Source: Amphiscolops sp. MND2022 (Eukaryota). From it: 64,000 nucleotides of DNA. Of this stretch, positions 48,960 to 59,986 are shown piece by piece (within the stretch, counting starts at the first letter, position 1; each line of letters opens with the position of its first letter). The position numbers and the translations under genes are program-made. The notes under the pieces are model-generated. The model was not told where the DNA came from, did not search any database, and saw only the letters and a list, made by a program, of their open reading frames with translations. Location of the stretch: NCBI GenBank assembly GCA_964187785.1, contig OZ076414.1, positions 52,018,001 to 52,082,000 of the forward strand, in the 5' to 3' direction.

Positions 48960-51900
48960 ATTATAGCCATATAAATCGATCTTAGCGAAATCATATAAAT
49001 ACTAACATGTCTCCGATGAAAACCAAGTTTTTCAAAGCTCTAACTCGACTAAGGATCACGTATAATTGGGACGGTAACCAAAGGCTGTATTTCTTTTCTC
49101 GAAGAGACAATTGAGTGGCAATTTTTGCAAAGGAGTCACCTATAAGTTTATGGACAGTAAGGGCCATATAGTTTGTAACGGGAATCTGTGTCCTCCGAAC
49201 TGATGTATTCCGCCACTTATGAACAAAACCAGTTACTTTTCTCAAACGTAGCGTCCTCCATTATAAATAAAGTTTATTGCTAAACAAACTGGTCATGGCG
49301 ATCGAATCTTTTTCGGGAGCAATATAAAGAACCAAACTGGAATTGTCTTTACTGGGTATTTCACCAACAATACTGATTTGTCCCTGAGATAATTCTTTGG
49401 TATTAATTGTCAATCGAACAACTGACTCAACCTGAAGGACAACACTTTGTGGTTCTCGACATTCAGAATTGAGGAATTTGATGCATCGTCATTAGCAGGA
49501 ACCCAGTTGATACTGGAATTGTGGCAAATCTCGTCATCAGCATTATTCTCACAAAATGGATCACCTGACGCTGGGATCGACAATTGATGACGATTCATGG
49601 CTTCTATCTCTGCTTCTCGCCGACCAAAAACTTTCATAATGGAAGCATCACTCAAATCATCCCAACTGTTAGCAAAAGAACAATTTTGTCGAATGATTTC
49701 AACAATTGTGGTAATGCCAGCTTGAGGTATAGGTCGTTGCGTCATAAGTTGGAGTAACCGCTGACCAATAGGGTCTAACATTCTGACTAACGTAGTTAAA
49801 AAGTGTGTGTCAAAGATGAACAACAAAATGGTGGATAAGAAAATGTCTGAACCATCGATGTTTGGCAACTGGTTGGTATCCCCGTTACCAATCACAAAAA
49901 AGCCGCCGAAAAACAGTTTATTCTGACGAAGTTTCTGTAGTATTAAATCCATTGTCGCGAGAATTTCGCTGCTAATTAAGCCAATTTCTTCAATCAGCAA
50001 AACATGTAACGACATGAGTAAAGCTTTTCTTTCTGGGTGATAATGTAATTTTTTCAAAGCTCGCTCGGTTGCTGTGCTAGGATCTGCCTTTTTGTTTGGA
50101 TTAATGCAGAAACTACGATGAATGTGATGGCAATTGAAGTGAGACGCACGACGGGAGGCTAGTCTTGTAACGTAGCATTAAAGTCCATTCAGCATTGCAT
50201 AAAGCAAACAAATGGAAGTTATATGACTTTTCCCAGAGCCAGGTTTTCCCAATAAAAGTTGACATTTCAATCATTGTGAGCATGGCGTCGATTGTTTCAG
50301 CTTGTGCATTGAAGGAAAGATCCGACTGTGAAGGAAGTTTAACTAAAGAAGGAATCCAGTGACCTGAAGTTTGTCGGATAGGCTTGTGGGATGTTCGTAA
50401 CATTCGCACGTTGCAACCTTCGGAATAGTTGTTCCTGAGTCGCAGTTAATATTGTCAACTTGCTTTTCAGTGCTGGCAGTTAAATTATTCATTAACACAT
50501 CTGGATAACAATTGCTGTTTTTGTTGTCCTGAAGCACAAGAGCGTAGATCATCTGCGTCAGATTGGTCGAAATAGGGCACATTAGGTAACACTTGGGCAT
50601 CAACAAAACAATGCCGCATACTAGATCCAGAAAACAAATCAAGTTCTGTGTCAAAGGAACCCATTGTGTAAAGTAAGTGGAGCAAAAACTTCAATCGATT
50701 TCTTTGGAAAAGACAACTTCAAGTGGATAAGGTGAAATATGGCTGGTATCTAACAAATACGTTTCCGCAAACTGTTGTTCATTTAGGCGTCGCGAAACGT
50801 AACCAAACTGATCGAGTAACGGTGAGTGTTGATTGCGGAAAGTCTCGTACCACTTCTGAAGTTCAACAAGAGACGTCAATCGTATTCTAACAACAGCACT
50901 GCTGCCGTCAACCCGAGGTCTGTGAGATTTTGTTAAAATTGTTGATTGATTATTTACTTGCTTTTTAGGTGCTTGCCTGATGAAAAACTTGAAATATAGC
51001 TCAAGTTGGCGAACAAAAAACAACTCTGGAGGTTTGATGGAAAACAAAGTTAATTTATCAATGCTGAAGTGCGAGTTGGATGCATCTTCAATGTGAACTT
51101 TTTGTCGAGCAGAGAAACAGTTGTGTTGTGGAAAATTCAATTGCTCACGTAAATTCAGAACGTCGTTGGAACTACCAGAAGTTTGTATGTATCGCCGAGG
51201 CTGATTGAAGTACTTGCCTCCACGGTATTCCAAAGCTAAGGACGGAACATGCACAAATTTAATGTTGGTTATCACAACTGGCAGCTTTTGAAGCCACCAT
51301 AGATATTCAGTTTGTGAAACCTGAAGAGCAGCAACTGGCGCAACAGGTCGGCTTTCATAGTCTTTCTTCTCTTTGCGTATTTCAGATCCGGTGGTTTTAG
51401 TACTGTGCAGTTCTGGAGTTGATACAGTGAAGCTACCATCAGCGGATCCAGGTTTGATTTCAACAGTCGCATGCTCTTCTTTCCCAGCAGCAACTTTATT
51501 GAGGTACTTAGAGCAAAAATTTTCTGTTGTCAGCTGTACATTGCCACTTGTAAGAGTCAGTGCAAACAATTCAGGAGAATACGGTATAATATGTTCACCT
51601 GCTGACGACGGGTACTGGTATTTCGGACATCTGAGGTCATTCTGAGGAGAATAATTGAAGTCATCTGTATAATAAATGAGATTAAGCCTCCTCAAAATGG
51701 CTGCAGCTTCTCGGGAACATTGTTGAGGGTTTTCTGTGAGCCAAAACTGCTCGGATAGAGGATACGGCTGACTGCGACAAATCTCGTTTCCAGAAGCATC
51801 AATTTTTTTCCGACATGAATTGCAATCGTGATATTGAACAGAAATACAGAAATCAAAAATGTCGTTCAACTCATCCAATGTGTTTATAATTCGCAATGTA

Positions 51901-54900
51901 GAATGAAAGATGTCATGAAACGCATGGAAAAATGCTTCTTCGTGGATTTAATTAGGGTTTCCAGATTCGCTACAGAATCGTGGAACCCAGCTCTGCCCCA
52001 TGTTTTAATAATATGAACGAGAATCCGCTCCGCTGAGTTCAACAAATAATCAATCAAATTGTTAACGGTTCCATGCCACATTTGGAGCATGACTGGTAAA
52101 TATAGTTGGAGAGTGGCTTTGTATTCTTCCGCAGCTTTATCTGGAAACATCCTCTCGATTGCGTTCATGATGGCTGAAATGCCATAATGTTTTTTCATGT
52201 TCAATGTCAGAGTAACAAAGAGGTGTGGTTTTTCAGTCTTCATGGCCTGCCCAACCTCAGCAATATTTTTTTCTGAGTCGCAGAGATCGAACTTAAGCTT
52301 TTCCTTGAACTTCAATGTTATGGACGCCACGTTTGAAAAAATGACTAGTTGTTGTATTATGAAGACTTAAATTTAGGAGGATGTCCGATAGGAAAAACAA
52401 ATAATTGCGATTGGATGAAACATGCAATTCCAGGTGACGGGATAAAGCGTGCTCATGGAAGCCTTGAAACCCGAATAAGTGTGTTTCTCGGTTGTTGCCG
52501 AACAAAAAATACGACAAAGCGCCTGTGAAGGAACCATCAGAAGCTTGATGATAAAAATTACTTGGTGACAGCAAAGCTTCCGCTTGTAATAAAGAAACAG
52601 TTTCTCCGGGAATGGAAGCAGCAAAATTTTGGAACAAACGTACTTTTTCGAGAAGGAGAGAGGATTCTGAGGTCTTTTAAATGTACTCAGCACACCATTT
52701 AGTAACAAATGTATAGGCGCGACTGTTGGATCTTGGTGCTCCTCTAACAGGTAGAGTATTTGAGGCTTCAGTTTCGGCAGCGGGTTCGAAATGCAGACCC
52801 GATTCTAGAATACCAACGAACGAAACAGATGAGTCATCCTCGTCATTGGAAAAAAATGAATTAGTACTTTCGTTGTCAGAATGGGTGATTTCTTCGGGCG
52901 GCAAATTTTCAACCACAGAGGACGATCCAGACGGTAGTGGATCAATAAATTGTTCATCGTGCAATTGTGAAAGTATTTTGAAATGTCGTTTACAAAGGGA
53001 AGAAGAACAACGATCTACTGGACAACGCCATGCTGCTTTCCCGGTGCATCTTTCAACACGGCAGATAAATGAAGAAGTTGTTACGTTTACAGACAGACGT
53101 ATCAAATGTTTTGCACATTTAAAAACGTTTTGGCCTCCAAAAACTGCAGTGAGTGGTCTCTGCCAACAAAAGTTGTGTCACTGACGTATAAAAGAACGTT
53201 CCAATTTCGATTGAAATTATTAATAACTTTACTGTCGCGTCTTTCCGGCAATCAAACGAAGGAAAGGATATGTGCCACCAACCTGTGAAAGCACCACCGT
53301 ATCGAAAAGCCAAATTACACAATTGATTTTCAGGCACAGCCACCAGAGAATAAGTATAGGTATGGACTGTAATCGATGAAGGAATTTCACTTCGCCTGCT
53401 AGCATCCTCTGTACAAACAATGGCAATTAAGATGGAGGGTGAAGGCTCCAGTGATGGAAACAAGTCACAAATATCAAACTGAAGCATTTGACGAACCGGC
53501 ACGTGCAGAGCTAAGCAAGATTCTGTTCTTCACAAACTTGAGTTACTATTGTCGCCAAATTTTGACCGATTAAGTTATCAATTGCAAATAACGACTGCAT
53601 TTCATTCAAGGCGACATCAATCACCGGTGATTTGAAATTACCACGGGTTGATTGCATGCGTGTCAATCTGTTCAAACTTGTATTGAATTTTTGGCTATTG
53701 ATGTTCTGAAGAATCAAATGACTGAAATATTCAACGTTGCTGAGAAGAAAAATTATGTAAGTAACCCCGAAACTTCTTCCTGAAACAATCTACATACATC
53801 CTCTGGAATTGAACCATGAACAGAATTATGATGGAGAAGTGCAAGAGACGCAGGAATGGACTCCTTGTGACTATAGTTATTGTCCAAAAATTGCTTGATT
53901 GATGCGAATGAGAAAAATGTCAAATTGGAACCAGTCGAGAGATGTTGATCGAAGACATCGCCTGCTATTGGCAAATTCATGGTGACAATGGACTCAACGA
54001 AAGACTCATTGACCTCATTGCTGTTCTGGAGCCGCGTGAATATGTTACGCACATCCTGTCGGTTCTGAGAGAAAAAAAGTTTCCGAGTTAGGCAACAAAT
54101 TCTGACTTTTAATATTGAACTGTCTAACGCTGGTGATCTGCAAAGTGCTGATACCTTCGTAACCTTCTTTACTAACTGCCATGGTGTAGGTGTGTGAAAA
54201 ATTCCCAACTCTCAATGTGGTGGCATTTCGAGCTTTCGTTGTCACTAAAGCTAAGCGATCACATTGAGGATGCAACAGGTTTCCCAATGGTGATGTGGGA
54301 ACGTGACACATTTTTAAAACAGTTCCTTGTGAGCTGAACAAGTCTCAAGAAATAATCCGTTGGAATTTACCTCGACATGAGGCCCGGCAACAAAAGATTG
54401 CAAATGAATACAGGTTTGGAGGAAATCGTTGCGCATTGCAGTAAGCTTTTTAGAAGATGCTTTGAACGAACGGAAATTGTTAAACCATTTGTTCAACAAA
54501 TGAACAAAAGAAACATGGGAACAGTTCATCAACAAGGTGTAACAACCTGCGGGACTTTTCACGACAGGGAAAGCGTAATCATTCACCTTGTACTTCAAAT
54601 TATGAGCAGTGTGATTGGATAGCAGATTAATTCTTGAACTTGATGGTGAAATCTTGAAACAATGTGGGTCCACTTGGATTTACGTAACCGAGCTGCGAAG
54701 CTACCATGGACCACGATTCATGAAATTCCTCGGGCAACAACGAATAGAAATACTGGCCATTGCATTGATACTCGCCAGAAGGAACAGTGAAACTGCAGAG
54801 TACAGCCGGCCAAGCAAATTTCCATATGCTTTCTCTCAAGTAACACTCACATAAATTACAAACATCTATTGATAGATGTTGTCTAAAGAAACATGGGCTT

Positions 54901-55268
54901 ATCTTGTTACCAAATTGACGCTTGCAGTACAGAGGACCGAGTGATATTGTTCTCAAATTCAGTGGATAAGATGCAGTGCTTTGGCGCAAACATACCGAAC
55001 AAAGCCCTTGAGAAGTAACAGATGGAAACACTCTAGGTTGAACATGTGAGAATAATTCATCGTCAGCAAATCGAAATTTGACACAGTAAGTACATTGGTT
55101 GGAATTATCAAACACTTGATTCACAACAGAAGGTTGGCTCACACTCTCAGTTTCTTCAACATCGATGAAGCCACCAACATCTATGGTTTCATTGAAAGTA
55201 TCCTGCGAAATGACAGGCTGAGAGGGCGAACCTTCGACAACGAAACAATCTTGATTCTCATTGTTCAA
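48960..55268 (-). pseudogene. Helitron/Helentron-like RepHel polyprotein gene, copy A (frameshifted)
   Basis: Successive minus-strand fragments: Cys-rich N-terminus; Rep motif I PHLFVTLTLN (~52200-52230); IIPYSP and SKYLNK; Walker A GKPGSGKS (50226-50249); LLIEEIG; FGG...GDTNQLP; RTQIPV...TVHKLIG...QLYVILSRV. Confidence 0.9.
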
Positions 55269-56471
55269 TCGATTGACACTTGGAAATCTGCCCGTTTGTG
55301 CATTACGCCTTAATTGTCTTCCTGCTTACAAGCTGTCGAAACATAAATCCACATAACAATGCATAAACTAAACTGAATAGTACACCTCAGCCTAAATCCA
55401 AAGCCATTTTTTCCGGTAATGAATTGTTTTGAAAGCCAAGTTCATTAGGTAAATCCTGCAGCTTTAATAATACAAAAGACTGCTGACAAATCCGATAACA
55501 AATAGCAAGTAAAACGGTAAAAAGAACGACTTCATGGGGATGCAATAACAAGATTGCTATGACGGAACTACAAGATAAAAATAGCTGGAAAGAATGGTAA
55601 TGATAACACGATCTGTGAACATTGAGCTGCCCTGAAAAAAATACGCTGTTAGGTATTTACCATTAACGAAAATCTCACTATCAACAATATTAAAGTGTTC
55701 GACAAAACACTAAGTGGAACGAAAAGGTAAACAATGGAGAACCCATTTAATGACAGTGTTGTAACAAGTAAAGCTTCTGAAAAAGGATTATCCGAATCTA
55801 TGCCACTAGCATTACCGAAGAAGTTATTGCAAAAATTTAAGGTGAGTCAGAAGAAAAACACCGAATAATCATTTAGAAACCTAATTACGCAAAAAAAGCG
55901 GGAACCAAAAATTTAGAATTGATTTATTTTAGAAAATTTGTTAGAATCCTATTTGGAACCAACAATCAACAATTAAAATAGATATAAAAACAATTTTTTT
56001 ATCTGATTCACAGTATAGACTGGGAAAAAACCACGAACGTTGCGCTAAAGACTAACACTTCCCTTATTGAAGCTACACTGAATCTATAACAAAAAGTGGA
56101 AAAACTATGTTCTCGAAAAAAATTAATTTCATGATAAAATACTGAAATTGATGATGACTAAAACTTTGATGAACAATGCATCACAATAATCAAGCTAACA
56201 AACAATTGGTCACAACAGTGTATCAAGTTCAAACGAGCTAATACAATCCTGAAAATAAACTTCATGGTTAAATGTTCAATCATTGATGATGACAAAAAAA
56301 GCTAATAAACAATTCATCAAAATAAACAAGCTAATAAACAATTAATCAAAACAATGCTTCAAGATCCAATGAGCTAATACAATCCAAATCAGTAGGAGTC
56401 ATCATTAAAAAATGAAAACAGTAAAATAGGTAATAAAATTGACCAAAACAATGCTTGTCTATTGTATTTCG

Positions 56472-56780
56472 TTATGATTGAAAAATCAGTATTTTTTTCA
56501 ATATCTTGGCTTGAACAAGAACCTGAAAGTTGAAAACGGCGTTTTGCGTGAGATGAACACCGTCGTACATTAATATAGTTGCTGAATTCAGTTTGGAGCT
56601 ATCATCGTGGAATATATATTGGAATCGTGCGGCTCCGTCTCTCAACAATCCATTCATCTCCTGTATCAACTGATGTAGGTCATGCACTTGTGCATCGAAT
56701 CGGCGCACAATGCCAACGACATGGACTACTTGAACTTTAGACTGCAACAATGCAACGAGATCCAAAATGTGCTGGAAAAC
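56472..56780 (-). CDS. SGNH hydrolase-like gene exon 2; joined protein 175 aa
   Basis: Acceptor ACATTTCAG|, in frame; VVGIVRR...MYDGVHLT (block V DxxH). Confidence 0.8.
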   Translation of the reverse strand, partial: VFQHILDLVALLQSKVQVVHVVGIVRRFDAQVHDLHQLIQEMNGLLRDGAARFQYIFHDDSSKLNSATILMYDGVHLTQNAVFNFQVLVQAKILKKILIFQS

Positions 56781-56820
56781 CTGAAATGTTAACAGTATTT
56801 AAATGATGTTATTTGTATGA

Positions 56821-57369
56821 TTATAAAAAAACTCATGATGGGTTGACACAATGTGCCACCTAGAGCTCGAAGAAACAGTCAGGTAGAGAACCACAAATTA
56901 GAAACTTTACTTAGTCTAAATTATCAAATTCAATACATAAACATCCTAATTGGAGACACCTATAATGGTTTGAGGTATAATACCCCACCTAAGGTGTAAA
57001 TGTTATAAAAAAACTCATGATGGGTTGACGCAATGTGCCACCTAGAGCTCGAAGAAACAGTCAGGTAGAGAACCACAAATTAAAAACTTTACTTAGTCTA
57101 AATTATCAAATTCAATACATAAACATCCTAATTGGAGACACCTATAATGGTTTGAGGTATAATACCCCACCTAAGGTGTAAATGTTATAAAAAAAACTCA
57201 TGATGGGTTGACGCAATGTGCCACCAAGAGCTCGAAGAAACAGTCAGGTAGAGAACCACAAATTAAAAACTTTACTTAGTCTAAATTATCAAATTCAATA
57301 CATAAACATCCTAATTGGAGACACCTATCATGGGTTGAGGTAAAATTCCCCACCTAAGGTGTAAATGTT
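56821..57369. repeat. Tandem repeat, 3 x ~182 bp, inside the SGNH gene intron
   Basis: TTATAAAAAAACTCATGATGGG starts at 56821, 57003 and 57185; copies nearly identical. Confidence 0.95.
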
Positions 57370-57496
57370 CAGACGTACCCAACAATGCACTTTAAACATT
57401 TCAAAAATATCAACGACGATTTCCTAGTTAAAATTTTAATACGTAAGACAACTAATTTTACTGTTTAGTTTACACAAATAACTATAAATGTATAAC

Positions 57497-57715
57497 CATG
57501 GCTGGAGAGTGAGCAGGTTGATTTTTCCACTGTTTTAAGGCATTTCCTCCAAGGAACAGAATGACCTGCTGATTGTCACCAACTCTCATGTTTCTTATAA
57601 AACGGTGTACACGCTCGGCATTGGGACGCGCTCCACTAAAAGAGTGAACATCTGTTTGAGGCAAGGAAACAGTTTTTGCCATGGAATCACTGATCAACAC
57701 AAATTTGGACGGCAT
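57497..57715 (-). CDS. SGNH/GDSL hydrolase-like gene exon 1, nested antisense in CHID1 intron 3
   Basis: MPSKFVLISDSM (block I), SFSGA (block II), VILFLGGN (block III); phase-0 donor ATG|GTTATA (weak). Confidence 0.75.
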
Positions 57716-58225
57716 TGCTCTCTGAAAAATAAAAAATGACAGTGCCTCATTCACAATTTTAACTGGAAGAACTCAAAAAAAATGTGAAAAAAATTGGAAA
57801 CTTGAACTACTTGAGAGCATTTCTCTGAACGGAAAATAATAGAATCGGAGCCGATTTTTGCGATTTGGTTTATTTTAGATACGTACTTGATAGCAAATAG
57901 CACTATGTCATTCCTCTGGTGGGGTTCCACTTTTCCGCGACGAATTAGTTTTTTGAATCAAAATCTGTCAGTTCGAGTAGTCACTTTTTTCTACGAAAGC
58001 AGAACCGGCTAGAAGGCCTCACTTCTACAGTCTTTTGTTTTCTCGAAGACAGACACCAAACCTATAAATTGGCCTTTAAATTGGCCCAGTTATAGAGTTC
58101 CGTTAAAGTCCAAATCCCCTGGTGAATTCGGGAATTATCTGAATATATTCGGCTTCCTGGAACTTTTTTGTCACTCGACTTAATGAATTTGATGTACTTA
58201 CAGAGAAATGTTATTTTATCCCACT

Positions 58226-58748
58226 TTTTAGTCGGCGTTTTCGAACAAAAATCCCGACTCTTACAGTGGCTAGTTTTTTTTCGTCAGTTCAACGCGTAAG
58301 TCCACTTTTTGTGCATTAATGCACATTTACCAACTTTTACCATATGTACTTAGTACTTCATTTTCAACGCATCCAAAGCCTCTAACATGAGATAAAAAGC
58401 CATTCCAAAGCAGAAGGGTCCACTTTTTTTCGGTACTATGAGACTTTCCTCCTTTTTTCCGCACTGTGAGACTGATTTTTTTCCGATTTTTTTTATTGTT
58501 CCTCTCATCAATTTTTGATATTTTGCAACAGAATGGATGTTCAAAAAATCCCAAAGCGTCCTCCTTTTACGTTTTTCGGCACTATGCGACTTACCGGAAA
58601 CTTCAAAAAAAATCCGAAAAAAACGATTTTTTTTCTCAATTTTTAGTTTTTTGAGAGCTTTTGTTTGTTGTCTCCAGTGGTAGAAAAAGTGGTTCTCGTC
58701 TTTTTGAGCCTTAGATATGGCGCCGACTTGGGCCGTTCCCGGCTTGTT
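58226..58748 (+). mobile_element. HINE-like family 1 copy
   Basis: Colinear with 17471-17992 and has the same termini. Confidence 0.75.
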
Positions 58749-58933
58749 TGTAAATGTTTAGTCAGCTTGATTATTGTGTCATTTTGCTATATTATACTAC
58801 TTTGACGCTTCATGGGAAAAACTGATAATTTCTGGCTAACGTCGGTTTTTTCTGCCGTACTCCGTCGCTGTTGAGTGTCGCTTTCTCTGCAGTCCTACGG
58901 CTGTTTGCAGTGTGTCCTATGTTCTGTTTCCAG

Positions 58934-59307
58934 GTCCGGTGGCTCCTGCCAGCTGGGTCGCAGGCTGCATGCTCTACTACACAAAGGATCTGCCCGCAGA
59001 GGAACAGAAAAAGTTTCTGATGGGTCTCAACTTCTATGGGTACCAGTATAAACCCCAGTCTAGCCAGCCCGAACCCATAGTGGCAAGCGTGTACTTGGAC
59101 TTACTCAGAAAGCACTCAAAAAGTGCCAACTTTGAATGGGAGAGCAATGCGGCCGAACATATTCTGGAATTACCTGGGAGCCATATCATATTCTATCCCA
59201 CCTTGCATTCCATAAAACTTAGACTGCAATTAGCAGAAAGACTCAATGTTGGAGTGGGTATTTGGGATTTGGGTCAAGGCTTGGAGTATTTCTTCAATCT
59301 ATTTTGA
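58934..59307 (+). CDS. CHID1: CHID1 exon 4; joined CDS 394 aa; preceding intron is 17,413 bp
   Basis: Acceptor TTTCCAG|; GPVAPASWV...LMGLNFYG...FYPTLHSIKLRL...GVGIWDLGQGLEYFFNLF (cf. human GQGLDYFYDLL). Confidence 0.95.
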
Positions 59308-59498
59308 CCCTGTGTCATTTGCCACTGCCGTTGTCAGAAGTCACTGACGGTGCTGAAAAATATTGAGAGTGGATAGACATGGATGCTTTATTGAAAACTA
59401 TTGTGTACATTTTTATCAGTATTCACTCAGTAAAGTTCATTTATTAATATTTCTGCTTTAGCAGGAATATTATTGTAACCTCAAACTTTCTACTTTTT

Positions 59499-59986
59499 TT
59501 TCAGTACAAATTTTTCGGACGATCTGAATAATTCAGATATTTTGTTCGGCAGTGAGTGTAAGCGTGGGAAAGCTGCCGACAACAATTCAATTCTAGTGCG
59601 ATGGAACGAGCGAGTTGGTAATTATCCATTCGTATGCTGACGTCATTGAGATGAAGCGAGCGAATGTTCGGAATTGTGCTTTCGTTGCCCCCGAGTTATT
59701 GAGATGAAGCGAATGAGTGTTAATTATTCGTTCGTTGAGAGCTTCGCCTGCATTCAAATGCGAATGCGAAACTTCGTCTACGCTTAGTAGTTATATTTTC
59801 TTTGGTCCGAGAAGAATTAAAGGCGGTGTAAACTTTTACAGTGATTACATGTAATTGTACGCTAAATAATAATTGAACAAGAGTGTATTGGTATTCCAGA
59901 TATGATTCTTTTATTAATGATTTTTTTTTGTTTCAAAAAAAATAAAGATTAAAGCAGAAATAGTACTGAGCCCCGGAGGGGCCTAT
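59499..59986 (+). mobile_element. HINE-like family 3 copy
   Basis: Subterminal TCAGTAC / GTACTGA, then perfect hairpin GCCCC-GGA-GGGGC. Confidence 0.65.
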
